DNA of 64,000 nt from Escherichia phage EAWsc9. The position numbers and the translations under genes are program-made. Below, one piece after another: positions 36,426-45,625 of this stretch (within the stretch, counting starts at the first letter, position 1; each line of letters opens with the position of its first letter). The stretch lies in sequence record PQ341120.1; one strand, written 5' to 3'. The notes under the pieces were generated by a model. It was given only the letters and a program-made list of their open reading frames with translations, had not been told where the DNA came from and did no database searches.

Positions 36426-36686
36426 TTACGCTTTACCGCCGGAAACAATACCAAAGGTCTCAAAGTCCCATTCAATATCATCAACATCAACTTTCTTACC
36501 AGCAACCACGAATGCGATTTCGCGACGTTTTGCATAGGTGACAATTTCTTTACCATCACCACCAAAGAAAGAATAACCATTGCGCTTCATGGTGCCAAAG
36601 TCTTCAGCATCGCCAGCAAAGGCGCGAACTTTAAAAGCACCAGTAGGAGCTTTGGCTTCTGTGATAAATTCTTGATAAGTTTTCAT
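36426..36686 (-). CDS. Internal protein (IP-type, capsid-targeting N-terminus)
   Basis: Start set to internal ATG giving MKTYQEFITEAKAP...; T4 IP capsid-targeting consensus MKTYQEFIAEA; own early promoter upstream. Confidence 0.7.
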   Translation of the reverse strand: MKTYQEFITEAKAPTGAFKVRAFAGDAEDFGTMKRNGYSFFGGDGKEIVTYAKRREIAFVVAGKKVDVDDIEWDFETFGIVSGGKA

Positions 36687-36716
36687 TTTATATTCCATTG
36701 TTTGGTTGATAAAATC

Positions 36717-36746
36717 ATTATACAACCTTTTTAGTTAAGCGTACAC
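36717..36746 (-). promoter_or_regulatory. Early promoter (GTGTAC-18-TATAAT) overlapping denV 3' end
   Basis: Minus strand GTGTACgcttaactaaaaaggttgTATAAT upstream of IP gene. Confidence 0.45.
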
Positions 36747-37151
36747 AGCTTTCCCATAGTATTTGTACCAGGTAGGCTTTTGAGAAATTTTCTCATTCAG
36801 TCTGGCTTGACTGATTTCAATTGACCAGATTGATGGTTGATAATCATTCTTCCATTCATCAGGAATATCAGTTAAATCTTGGGTAGAAATATCTTTTATG
36901 TTAAACCCTCGCTTTAAACATTCCGCAATAAGTTCTTGATGCCGGTTTTTAAGGAACAAAAGCTTATCATAAAAGAAGGTGACATGACCAGTCCCTAAAA
37001 GGAAAGATGATGGGATTTTAAAGTCAGACACCTTTTTACCATTTTGCACATGCTTACGAACAGCGCCAAAAACGCGAGGAAGTTCACGATATTCAGCCAT
37101 AAGATGTTGGTCAGCGAGTTCAGATACCAGGGTTAAATTAATGCGAGTCAT
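36735..37151 (-). CDS. denV: Endonuclease V (pyrimidine dimer DNA glycosylase) DenV
   Basis: 138 aa; [34 protein letters not shown]... near-identical to T4 endo V. Confidence 0.95.
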   Translation of the reverse strand: MTRINLTLVSELADQHLMAEYRELPRVFGAVRKHVQNGKKVSDFKIPSSFLLGTGHVTFFYDKLLFLKNRHQELIAECLKRGFNIKDISTQDLTDIPDEWKNDYQPSIWSIEISQARLNEKISQKPTWYKYYGKAVYA

Positions 37152-37177
37152 GTTTGTTCTCCGTAGTTGATAGGGTC

Positions 37178-37207
37178 ATTATAACCCTATCATTTGGAGA
37201 TGTACAC
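37178..37207 (-). promoter_or_regulatory. Early promoter (GTGTAC-18-TATAAT) upstream of denV
   Basis: Minus strand GTGTACatctccaaatgatagggtTATAAT; hairpin in spacer. Confidence 0.45.
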
Positions 37208-37695
37208 TAATATGCGTCAAAAGTTCCGGTGCGGAAAGTTTCAATAACTCGTTTAGCCCGGTTCGGAGTCTGGACTTTATACCATCTTGAGTCTGCCAGT
37301 TCCTTGGCAGCCGCTTCCCATGATTTAGCCTTCAGCAATCGCATACCCTTAGGAAAACCAGCAACACCAGCAACACCCATCTGGAATACCATATTAATGA
37401 GTGCACAACGACGAACTTCATCAAGTACATCATAAACAGGTTTTAAGACAGGATGTCTCAAGATTCCGGCTTTAGCCTTTTCGACCGAACGGTTAAACAG
37501 TGTTTCGGCTTCGTGCTGGGTTATACGACCATTACAGACGCGACCCATGAGCTTATCGAGCTCGGCGCGAGCAACATCTTTTGATGGGTTCTTAGTTATC
37601 AGTTGCCCGATACCAATGGTCCAATAGCCTTCAGTATCTTTATACAAATCCAACTTACAACCTTCATCTATGCGTAACATTTCGAATATATTCAT
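37207..37695 (-). CDS. e: Lysozyme (endolysin) e
   Basis: 162 aa; [32 protein letters not shown]... near-identical to T4 lysozyme incl. catalytic E11/D20/T26. Confidence 0.95.
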   Translation of the reverse strand: MNIFEMLRIDEGCKLDLYKDTEGYWTIGIGQLITKNPSKDVARAELDKLMGRVCNGRITQHEAETLFNRSVEKAKAGILRHPVLKPVYDVLDEVRRCALINMVFQMGVAGVAGFPKGMRLLKAKSWEAAAKELADSRWYKVQTPNRAKRVIETFRTGTFDAY

Positions 37696-37721
37696 AATAC
37701 CCCCTTATATAGGGGTATTTA

Positions 37722-38180
37722 TTATCCGAAAATTTGAGTCATTACCTTGTACATCGATTTGCCCATCACATACTGCCATTGACTCGGTTTAATCAGAGCA
37801 AATGCATCGAACTCTGGAACCGAACTACCATCCGGAAAGGTATGATAGGCAGAGCATTTACTATGTCTGAACTGCTCATGCTCGACCGGAACCGTGTACA
37901 AAAACAGGTGAAGATTTTTGTTATCTGAATAACGGAACTCACCTAAGTCTTTTAAGAATGCTGGGTCGTATTGGGTAAACCCGGTTTCTTCTTCGGTTTC
38001 ACGGATAGCCGCTTCAATCGGGGATTCACCAGCTTCAACATGACCCTTAGGGATGTCCCATTTGTGTGCAGGCATACCTGGTTTACGAGAACCAGTCACA
38101 CGACCCATGAATAACTCTTTATCTTCAGTCATGAAAATAATGCCGGCGGATAATTCTTTCACCTTGTTTTTCTTACTCAT
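37722..38180 (-). CDS. nudE: Nudix hydrolase
   Basis: Nudix box GHVEAGESPIEAAIRETEEETGF; ORF 37722..38213 (non-ATG start codon) trimmed to internal ATG; adjacent to e as T4 nudE (e.1). Confidence 0.8.
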   Translation of the reverse strand: MSKKNKVKELSAGIIFMTEDKELFMGRVTGSRKPGMPAHKWDIPKGHVEAGESPIEAAIRETEEETGFTQYDPAFLKDLGEFRYSDNKNLHLFLYTVPVEHEQFRHSKCSAYHTFPDGSSVPEFDAFALIKPSQWQYVMGKSMYKVMTQIFG

Positions 38181-38409
38181 CGTCACGTTTCCATGATTGG
38201 TTAAAAATATCACTCATTAAAAATTCAAGTCTATTTTCCAATGAAGGGCTTTCACTACTAGAAACTTGAACCATATAGTCAGCAATAGGTCGGAACATAT
38301 CCAAGTCAGTTTCTAAATCATCTTTGATTTTCTCTTCTGATGTACCTGTATCATAGGAATACAGATAAGAATCGCATGACTCAGATTTAATATAAATTGC
38401 AATACTCAT
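38173..38409 (-). CDS. Hypothetical acidic small protein
   Basis: 78 aa ORF. Confidence 0.45.
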   Translation of the reverse strand: MSIAIYIKSESCDSYLYSYDTGTSEEKIKDDLETDLDMFRPIADYMVQVSSSESPSLENRLEFLMSDIFNQSWKRDDE

Positions 38410-38993
38410 TTACGACATTCCTCAATAAAGGAGTTCAATGTATTTTTCTTAGTGATATCGTCATATACCTTTTTAACTTTAGAAATACGAAAAGGTACTT
38501 CAATAACCATAGTCCATAAAAATGATGCAATAAGCCCAGCGAGAGCAGTAGAAAAGCACGCACCCATTACAGCTACTGGTGCTTCATTTTTGCCTGTCAA
38601 GAAAAACCACAGGAATGGTAAAAATAAGATTCCAGCCCAGGCATAAAACCTGGAACAAATTAACTTATCAAATTCATCACTCCAGGTACGAAATCCATAT
38701 TTCTTGCTATAAGAAATTAATGGGTCGGGTGTCTGTTCTTTGAGCGGTTCTGGTTGATGCCCATTAATGATGTATCCCATTTTATATTCCTTAATTAAAA
38801 GCTCTTTCACATGACGATTGCATCGCGACCAATCAACATTTTCCACCTTGATTCCTTCATCACCATCATCAAGGTTCGCCCAATATTTTTTGGTAATCAT
38901 AAATTCGTCTCTTGATACAATTATACCTGCATTTTCTGCCCGGCGGATGAAGTTTACATCAACACCCATGCAGCCGGGTTCATAAAGGGCCAT
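38406..38993 (-). CDS. Hypothetical membrane protein with C-terminal FIEEC motif
   Basis: 195 aa; soluble N-domain, two C-terminal TM helices, ends ...LNSFIEECRK. Confidence 0.5.
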   Translation of the reverse strand: MALYEPGCMGVDVNFIRRAENAGIIVSRDEFMITKKYWANLDDGDEGIKVENVDWSRCNRHVKELLIKEYKMGYIINGHQPEPLKEQTPDPLISYSKKYGFRTWSDEFDKLICSRFYAWAGILFLPFLWFFLTGKNEAPVAVMGACFSTALAGLIASFLWTMVIEVPFRISKVKKVYDDITKKNTLNSFIEECRK

Positions 38994-39685
38994 TACCAGC
39001 CCTCCATGGGGAATTCCAGATATACTTGAGCATTAACGCGGATTTCATTGGTAACTTTATTAACACGGTCAGTTTTACGAGATACGCGACCAAACCAACG
39101 CCAACCGTTACTAACTGTTTTTGTTCCAGTATGCCATGTCTGCCAGTTGAATTCACATAATGTGCGGTCAGGAGCTTCTTGAACTAAAAGTTCACCTGCC
39201 TTGATTTTTTCCAGAACTTCCTGGTGCCACTGGCGATAGATAAGTTCGCCATCAGGAATCTGACTGAATTCTGCAGTTCCAAGAGCAAAATTAGTAGGGC
39301 AAACAGAAGCGTTAACCAGACCCAGGATGTGTTCAGAATGGTAACGAGGGTTATCATAATCAGGTTGTCCTGCTGTAATAAAATGTTGTCCTGCTGGAAT
39401 ATCTGGACGTGGTACATCATCATGGTGATACCCAGGGATAGCGGGATACCAACCAGGCATCAACATATGGACGCGAGAATCAAACACCAAATTATCAGGA
39501 CCATCAGTCCATTCTTTTGGTAGGTTATCAAGAAAACTGCGCGTGATTGGGCCACCATGCTTATGCGCAAATTCTGGATAGCAGTTAAAGAACATAGGCT
39601 CATTTTTGATTTGGTCATTACTGATATCTTGAGCAAATTGACCAACTTCACGCATTTGACTATTAAAAGTTTTTGAACTATTCAT
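38993..39685 (-). CDS. Hypothetical protein
   Basis: 230 aa ORF, ATG start verified. Confidence 0.55.
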   Translation of the reverse strand: MNSSKTFNSQMREVGQFAQDISNDQIKNEPMFFNCYPEFAHKHGGPITRSFLDNLPKEWTDGPDNLVFDSRVHMLMPGWYPAIPGYHHDDVPRPDIPAGQHFITAGQPDYDNPRYHSEHILGLVNASVCPTNFALGTAEFSQIPDGELIYRQWHQEVLEKIKAGELLVQEAPDRTLCEFNWQTWHTGTKTVSNGWRWFGRVSRKTDRVNKVTNEIRVNAQVYLEFPMEGW

Positions 39686-39744
39686 AATATTTTCCTCATT
39701 GATTGTGGGACCATTGTGTCATAGTCCCACTTGGATGTACACAC

Positions 39745-40704
39745 TTATTTTTCGAAAGGACGAATTAAATGTTGGTTAGCTTTGAAACGTTTAACATAGT
39801 CTTCGTGCCCCAGGGTGTTGTACATATTAACCACTTCCTGATAATGTTCCCAAGCATACTCGCGGAACCATCCAGAAGTAATGGAGGTGCAGACTTTTTC
39901 CAGAGCAATATGGAAGCTCACGGATGGAGAGATATTGAACTCATTGGGAACCTGCGAACGCTCCAGAGCGAGTACACATGCTTCTTCATAAACCCCTGCC
40001 AGTTTAATAATCTCAGGGAGTGCTTCAAATTTTTCACGCGAGGTCATAACTTCTGAATCATCCTTCATATAGAACTTATATGCAGGCTTATCAGCAAGCG
40101 CCACAGCCTCGTGGATGGAGTCATGGTCAAGGGTATAGATTGTATCATTAAAGAAAGTTTTCTTGCCCACGTCTAGTTTAGGGTGACTATATGACAATGT
40201 TTCTGCCTGGCGCTGCAGCATGATTTTATGCAGTTCGTCATTAAGAACAACACCCTTATTGCGAAGGTAATTAATATGACTCATTGTCTTCAGGAAGAAT
40301 GGATTGTTCTTCAGGTAACGATGAGACAGTTTAATTGCCAGACAAATATCAGGAGTCGCCCAATAGAAACCTGTAAGACGGTCTTTCTTAATATGATTTT
40401 CAGCGTATTTCAAGAGACGATAACTTGAGGTGAAATCTTCATCTTGAAGCTCACCAGTAATTTCTCGTACGTTAGTCAGGGCACGGACAATATAAGCTTC
40501 AAAATAGGTTTCTTTTCCATTGTACATACATTTAAAAGCTTGGACATCAGGGTTATCCACAGGAACATGAGCACCGAACATACGTGCTTTAAAGTGGTTC
40601 CAGGAGCCCTGGTCAGCGATAAAGTCCCAATCAGAGTTTTCAATTTTCTGACTTTCAATCAGACCAGCGTTATGTAATGCACGAGAACCAATAACTAACA
40701 TCAT
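39745..40704 (-). CDS. Hypothetical protein
   Basis: 319 aa ORF, ATG start verified. Confidence 0.55.
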   Translation of the reverse strand: MMLVIGSRALHNAGLIESQKIENSDWDFIADQGSWNHFKARMFGAHVPVDNPDVQAFKCMYNGKETYFEAYIVRALTNVREITGELQDEDFTSSYRLLKYAENHIKKDRLTGFYWATPDICLAIKLSHRYLKNNPFFLKTMSHINYLRNKGVVLNDELHKIMLQRQAETLSYSHPKLDVGKKTFFNDTIYTLDHDSIHEAVALADKPAYKFYMKDDSEVMTSREKFEALPEIIKLAGVYEEACVLALERSQVPNEFNISPSVSFHIALEKVCTSITSGWFREYAWEHYQEVVNMYNTLGHEDYVKRFKANQHLIRPFEK

Positions 40705-40895
40705 AATATTTTCCTCATTAGTAAAGACGAGTTACTTCATATTTTCCAATTGCCGATTTTTTCGCTTCAATTCGTGAGGCAGCAAGATTGGCGGCCTCTA
40801 GTGAAGAAAATTGAACCACTTGAGAAGTATTCTGTCTTACTCCACCTTGCGGGTGAGTGACAAAAACAATAAGAATATTATACATAATATTTTCC

Positions 40896-41096
40896 TCAAA
40901 TAATACCGTATGCGTAAATATCTCTTTTAATGCAGGAAACTACTTCTTCCAAAGAATCACAAACACGTTCTGTGGCGCCTGCGTAATCACCACTGATGGT
41001 TACTTTAATGCCATCAGAAACTTCCTGGAGATTAACCTCCAGTTGGTTGACTTTGGCTTCGTTCAGAACTTTGATTAATTCGTTTGCGATAGACAT
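40896..41096 (-). CDS. Hypothetical small protein
   Basis: 66 aa ORF. Confidence 0.4.
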   Translation of the reverse strand: MSIANELIKVLNEAKVNQLEVNLQEVSDGIKVTISGDYAGATERVCDSLEEVVSCIKRDIYAYGII

Positions 41097-41160
41097 TTTT
41101 ATTCTCCTGTTCTGATAACGTGATTGTCATCAGTTGATAGGAGTATAGTAACACAGTTTT

Positions 41161-41505
41161 TTAGACTTGTATACTGCTTCTACAATATTCTAAAAATAAT
41201 TTATCGTTGTTTACCTTATCCCAACGACGCCAAGATGGATTCCAGACCAGAGCGTTGTCACCGCAATCATTGAGCTTAAAGTGGTCGTAGTACATAGCTA
41301 TATGTCTGGTTTCGTCACCAGAGAACCCCAGTATATGCTCACCGTGGGTATGATACATATGATGATGCATTGAGAGGTCGCATTTGTAAAACATCTCACG
41401 TTTACCACGAACGAACAAGAAGGCTTGCTCATTCATATAGAATTCTTTATCTGTTTTCAAAAGATATTTGAATACCGAATCTTTATGCATAATTCCTCCT
41501 ACCAC
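41161..41505 (-). CDS. Hypothetical His-rich protein
   Basis: 114 aa; cluster MHHHMYHTHGEH suggests metal binding. Confidence 0.5.
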   Translation of the reverse strand: MVGGIMHKDSVFKYLLKTDKEFYMNEQAFLFVRGKREMFYKCDLSMHHHMYHTHGEHILGFSGDETRHIAMYYDHFKLNDCGDNALVWNPSWRRWDKVNNDKLFLEYCRSSIQV

Positions 41506-41520
41506 ATCCTTGTGATTAAA

Positions 41521-41748
41521 TTATTTTCCTAACGAAATACGAGTAGGTTTTTTACCGAAATATTCTTCATAGGAACCATCTAAACGACCCGCTTTAGACC
41601 GACAATACGAATCATACTTTTTGTAATAAGTCAACTCGTTATTATAACGTGGATGTCTATCAGCCATAATAATACTTAATGGCCAACCTTTGGCATAATC
41701 ACGAAGACCATTTATTTTACGAATATATCTTTTCTTTAATTTTAGCAT
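41521..41748 (-). CDS. Hypothetical basic small protein
   Basis: 75 aa; start overlaps upstream stop as ATGCTAA. Confidence 0.5.
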   Translation of the reverse strand: MLKLKKRYIRKINGLRDYAKGWPLSIIMADRHPRYNNELTYYKKYDSYCRSKAGRLDGSYEEYFGKKPTRISLGK

Positions 41749-41966
41749 GAGCTCGGGTACCAGATTTTACCGTCGGCGCGGGCAACGAAGGTACGACCAG
41801 CTTCTTCGCCGTAACAAGAGCTATTCAGCCAATCTTCAAGACGAACTTCACCGTCATAATCATCTAGCTCAACACCAAAATCCTGAGCAGAAGCCATATC
41901 TTTTACTTTCTTATACAGGGCAGCCAGTTCAAGAGCAGCTTTTTCTAATTCGTTAATATCAGTCAT
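41742..41966 (-). CDS. Small protein ending W-Y-P-S-S-C (paralog family member)
   Basis: 74 aa; C-terminus ...GKIWYPSSC. Confidence 0.55.
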   Translation of the reverse strand: MTDINELEKAALELAALYKKVKDMASAQDFGVELDDYDGEVRLEDWLNSSCYGEEAGRTFVARADGKIWYPSSC

Positions 41967-41976
41967 TTTTTATTCC

Positions 41977-42189
41977 TTAGCATTCGTAAGAGGAGGACAC
42001 CCAAGAGGTACCACTAATTGTAATACAACCATTATAAAGCGTGATATGTCGTTCTAAGTCACGAACACCATCAATGTAGATATCAGCTTCTTCGCGTTCT
42101 TCTTTACAAATCTGGATAACATTTTCAATAGCTGCCGCGGCAGTACGGATTGCACAATCTAATTCACGAGACATAACATTCCTTAACAT
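41977..42189 (-). CDS. Small protein ending W-V-S-S-S-Y-E-C (paralog family member)
   Basis: 70 aa; C-terminus ...SWVSSSYEC. Confidence 0.55.
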   Translation of the reverse strand: MLRNVMSRELDCAIRTAAAAIENVIQICKEEREEADIYIDGVRDLERHITLYNGCITISGTSWVSSSYEC

Positions 42190-42464
42190 TCAGCAGAAGA
42201 GGACACCCAACCACCATTTTCCAGGTCAGTTGTATAGTCATGAGTATTAACAATAGCCCATTCAGGATGACCATGTTCTTCCCAATGAGCAAGGTCAGCT
42301 TTCAGGGCGCCAGGAGAATAATAGTCACCGCCCATACCGCGAGCAGGGTATATATTAAAATGAGTCTCATATTTGTCTGCAATTTCCTCGGCACGACGAA
42401 TAGCTTTATGGATGTCATTTACTGCGTTAGCCAGTTCTTTATTTTTACGGTAATCATTCATCAT
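42183..42464 (-). CDS. Small protein ending W-V-S-S-S-A-E-C (paralog family member)
   Basis: 93 aa; C-terminus ...GGWVSSSAEC; shares EEIADxY core with next gene. Confidence 0.55.
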   Translation of the reverse strand: MMNDYRKNKELANAVNDIHKAIRRAEEIADKYETHFNIYPARGMGGDYYSPGALKADLAHWEEHGHPEWAIVNTHDYTTDLENGGWVSSSAEC

Positions 42465-42473
42465 AACGTTTCC

Positions 42474-42764
42474 TTAGCACATTGCCGAAGAGGAGACCCA
42501 AGCACCAACTGTAACGACACCGTTTTCAACTTCACCGCCGTTGTTTTCAATTTCATCTTTAAACCACTGGGAGCACTCATAACCGACAGGATAATATGTA
42601 CGGCCTGAACCATAATCACCGGTACCGAATTGGATACCATATTCATCTGCGATTTCTTCACAGTGTTTTTCAATTTCAGAGGTCTTATTTAGAAGAGAAT
42701 AGATGGCTTTTTCTGCAGATTTCTCATCATAATACTTGGGGATAGCAATTTCAATTTTATTCAT
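42474..42764 (-). CDS. Small protein ending W-V-S-S-S-A-M-C (paralog family member)
   Basis: 96 aa; C-terminus ...GAWVSSSAMC. Confidence 0.55.
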   Translation of the reverse strand: MNKIEIAIPKYYDEKSAEKAIYSLLNKTSEIEKHCEEIADEYGIQFGTGDYGSGRTYYPVGYECSQWFKDEIENNGGEVENGVVTVGAWVSSSAMC

Positions 42765-43114
42765 GATTTACATTCCTTAATAAAGGTTTCAAGGTCATTA
42801 CGTTTTGTTTTGTCTAGGAACTTATTATACTCAGCCATTGCTGAAGCATATCTCTTCCGACTAGGAGCATTCACGGCGTTTGTGTGACAAATATCATACA
42901 CAACCGGGATAAAATAAGCCACAACAGCCGGAGCGATTATCATAAAGAAACCCATCTCAATGGGCATGACTCCCTCGATTGCAGCCATAACCGTGGTCAT
43001 TACCAGACCAACCAAACCACCGAGCATACCGGTGACAATTCCCAATAATAAATTGCCGCCAATATCATATTCAGCCAATTGATAAACATGTGATGCAAGA
43101 CTAGGCCGTTCCAT
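42761..43114 (-). CDS. Hypothetical membrane protein with C-terminal FIKEC motif
   Basis: ORF 42761..43207 trimmed to internal ATG with AAGGAGG upstream; two TM helices; ends ...LETFIKECKS. Confidence 0.5.
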   Translation of the reverse strand: MERPSLASHVYQLAEYDIGGNLLLGIVTGMLGGLVGLVMTTVMAAIEGVMPIEMGFFMIIAPAVVAYFIPVVYDICHTNAVNAPSRKRYASAMAEYNKFLDKTKRNDLETFIKECKS

Positions 43115-43460
43115 TACGAACCTCCTTAATAAATTCTTCGGCACATTTAATTTTGTGCTCTTCTTGTAGGGAAACACATTTTTGTTCCCACTCTTTAACT
43201 CGCCCACGATATCCTTTATTCATATGATTTTGATGCCACACATTTATCAATATCATACTCAGGACCGTAATAAAAGGAGCTGCGATTATTAGCGCCCAGG
43301 CAACTCCAACACTAATGATATCCATATCCCCGCAAAGCACCATCATTATAACCCCAACGATGCACATGGACAAAGCTCCAAATGGAGGCATAAGGTCTTT
43401 ATCAATCTTGTCTGCGTATACAAATTTTTCTGGTTTACTTGGCAGATATAGCGTTCGCAT
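43101..43460 (-). CDS. Hypothetical membrane protein with C-terminal FIKEV motif
   Basis: ORF 43101..43496 trimmed to internal ATG; two TM helices. Confidence 0.45.
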   Translation of the reverse strand: MRTLYLPSKPEKFVYADKIDKDLMPPFGALSMCIVGVIMMVLCGDMDIISVGVAWALIIAAPFITVLSMILINVWHQNHMNKGYRGRVKEWEQKCVSLQEEHKIKCAEEFIKEVRNGTA

Positions 43461-44007
43461 TTTGAACCCCTTTAGCATATTCACGACATTCAGCAATAAA
43501 ACGATTAAGCTTACGTTTCCGTTTACGACCCTCTAATGTGTACTCAGCCGCCAAATCAAGAAGCTCATCTTTATCATAATTTTTAATATCAGTATAAGTT
43601 GGGCGGCGGTCAACCATTCCAAAGTGGTCACCATTTTCCAACATCAAATAACACACCAAATGGTCATCATCGTCCGCATTAATAAGCTGCTTATAATCAC
43701 TTGGTTCATTTAACGCATACACAGAATAACTCAGCCCAGCGAATTCCACTCGTTGAATACCCAGATTTACGTCAATAATTTCCAAGGCATCTGCAAAAGA
43801 AAGGTCTTCAGCTAAAGCAAAAATAAAAGGCAATTTGGTAGTATCGCCGCGACTTGTTGTTCTTCTTAAGAAATCATTGGAATAACCCAAGTCGCGGCGG
43901 ATTCTATAAAGAACTGTGTTAGTTTCAGTGGCAAGACCACTACCGCCAAACCATTCCACATTTGATAAAAGATTATCATATAAAGTCATAATTTTCTCCT
44001 CTCCCAA
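43435..44007 (-). CDS. Hypothetical protein with C-terminal FIAEC motif
   Basis: 190 aa; ends ...KLNRFIAECREYAKG... Confidence 0.5.
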   Translation of the reverse strand: MGEEKIMTLYDNLLSNVEWFGGSGLATETNTVLYRIRRDLGYSNDFLRRTTSRGDTTKLPFIFALAEDLSFADALEIIDVNLGIQRVEFAGLSYSVYALNEPSDYKQLINADDDDHLVCYLMLENGDHFGMVDRRPTYTDIKNYDKDELLDLAAEYTLEGRKRKRKLNRFIAECREYAKGVQNANAISAK

Positions 44008-44031
44008 TTAGGGGGCTTTGCCCCCTTTATC

Positions 44032-44625
44032 TTACTTAAGTGAATTGATGTATTCTTCAATGTCAGCGGACGTGGTATCCACACCAACCTGTGGACCTTT
44101 GAAGGTTTCAACACGCATCAAGGTGTCTTCAATATCAATCTTAGTCAATGCAGCGATTTCAACAACATCATCTGCAGTCGCAATACCCAGGGCAGATACC
44201 TTACGGGTTTCGCGGATGTATTCCAGTTTAACAGCTAGTTCCTGACGAGAATCATCCAGCTCTTTAACTTTCAATTTAATTTCATTACGCATTTCAACAT
44301 AATCGTCTGCCTTCTTACGAAGTTGTTTAGCAGTGCGACGATACAGGAGACCCAGTTTAGCATGGACCTGGACATCCGCACCATCAGCAATCAGTTTGCG
44401 GATTTCACGCTCTTTTGAGGCGGCAAGTTGGTCTTTTTCATTCGCTAACTCGCGGATGCGTTTTTCTTCATTAACAGACTTAACGTGGGCGGTCTGGAGC
44501 TCAGTAATCTTGTCAATCAGGGTAGACGCCGCTTGAGTATATTGGTCTTCAATAGACAGGTTTTTTGCCATTGCAGTACCCAGTTTGGAGCGGATGAATT
44601 CAACAAGTTTCTTTAAAGTATTCAT
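44032..44625 (-). CDS. Coiled-coil protein, tentatively PspA/IM30-like
   Basis: 197 aa, almost entirely heptad-type helical sequence with N-terminal amphipathic helix; family assignment tentative. Confidence 0.45.
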   Translation of the reverse strand: MNTLKKLVEFIRSKLGTAMAKNLSIEDQYTQAASTLIDKITELQTAHVKSVNEEKRIRELANEKDQLAASKEREIRKLIADGADVQVHAKLGLLYRRTAKQLRKKADDYVEMRNEIKLKVKELDDSRQELAVKLEYIRETRKVSALGIATADDVVEIAALTKIDIEDTLMRVETFKGPQVGVDTTSADIEEYINSLK

Positions 44626-44697
44626 GGTATTTCCTTCAGTTGGTTAATGTTTTATTATCCAGGGAACATACTATCATGTTCCCATTAAAGCACTAAT

Positions 44698-45003
44698 TTA
44701 GATTTTGTTTTCCTGCACACCATAATAAAGTTCATCAGACACAATATCCAGGATGCGGCGAACATATTCATCATGGTATTGGCAGTCAAAATCAAATGCA
44801 ACAGTAGTTTCCGCTTCACGAGTGAATTTAACTTGCACATTCAGGTGATTAACAACGTTAGTTAATTTATCAGTAAAGAACTCTTTTGCTACCGCCTGTT
44901 GGACTTGCACTTTAAACTTGGTGTTGCGAATCATATTTTCAGCAGATGCGAAATTACCAGTTTTATCAAAGTCAACAAGCGCCAGGTTGATGATGAATTT
45001 CAT
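44698..45003 (-). CDS. Hypothetical protein behind repeated promoter/leader cassette
   Basis: 101 aa ORF. Confidence 0.5.
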   Translation of the reverse strand: MKFIINLALVDFDKTGNFASAENMIRNTKFKVQVQQAVAKEFFTDKLTNVVNHLNVQVKFTREAETTVAFDFDCQYHDEYVRRILDIVSDELYYGVQENKI

Positions 45004-45086
45004 TTTATTCTCCAGTGTTTTATTTGGTAACTCAGTATGGAATCATTATGCCTTAAAGCAGGGGGCTTGTATACCCCCTTTTTGAA

Positions 45087-45554
45087 TTAAATTTCAAATT
45101 CTTTGCGGAAGTTGGAAGCATAAGACTGAACTGATGCTTTGTTGAATCCAAACTCACGCACAATCATATCAATAACAGCTCTGCGAGCAGCACCATTAGA
45201 CATATTAACAGTTTTGAACATATCATAGCATAAATCTTTGTTGCTCATACCGGAGCGTTTAGGTGCCTTACGTTCAGCTTTTGGTTCAGCTTTTGGTTCA
45301 GCTTTTGGTTCAGCTTTAGGAGTAGGTTTAACTTCTGGTTTAACCTGTCCATCATTCAGACCTTTAAAAATTTTACCTGCCAGAGTTGCCAGTTTAGCAG
45401 CTTCGCCACGAGTGATACCAAATACTGCCGGGTTAAATGAAATACCTTCAGCTGCCAGACGTTTGAAGAACATACGTGCTGCGGATTGTGCTTCAGCTTC
45501 AGAAGAGTTGTTTAATGCCAGCTTAACGTACTTAACCAGTTTTGAAGTTTTCAT
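45087..45554 (-). CDS. Hypothetical protein with (PKAE)n repeat and conserved C-terminal domain
   Basis: 155 aa; PKAEPKAEPKAEPKAERKAPKR linker; C-terminal GAARRAVIDMIV...VQSYASNFRK shared with 45637..46062. Confidence 0.55.
   Translation of the reverse strand: MKTSKLVKYVKLALNNSSEAEAQSAARMFFKRLAAEGISFNPAVFGITRGEAAKLATLAGKIFKGLNDGQVKPEVKPTPKAEPKAEPKAEPKAERKAPKRSGMSNKDLCYDMFKTVNMSNGAARRAVIDMIVREFGFNKASVQSYASNFRKEFEI
45277..45318. repeat. 12 bp tandem repeat (about 3.5 copies) inside CDS
   Basis: gcttttggttca x3 plus partial copy; encodes the PKAE repeats on the minus strand. Confidence 0.8.
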
Positions 45555-45595
45555 TTTATTCTCCAGTGTTTTATTTGGTAACTCAGTATGGGATA

Positions 45596-45625
45596 ATTAT
45601 ACACTATCCCACCTGGAAGTAAAAC
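45596..45625 (-). promoter_or_regulatory. Early promoter (TTTTAC-17-TATAAT) of repeated cassette family
   Basis: Minus strand gtgTTTTACttccaggtgggatagtgTATAAT followed by conserved leader. Confidence 0.4.

Noticed and set aside
39745-40704. Possible second nucleotidyltransferase (GSRALHNAGLIESQKIENSDWDF)
   Set aside because: Spacing between the GS and DxD elements is longer than in the canonical NTase signature and no other motifs were recognised, so kept as hypothetical only.
45277-45318. Short direct repeats considered as a possible CRISPR array
   Set aside because: Only about 3.5 copies of a 12 bp unit with no spacers, lying in frame inside a CDS where it encodes PKAE repeats.
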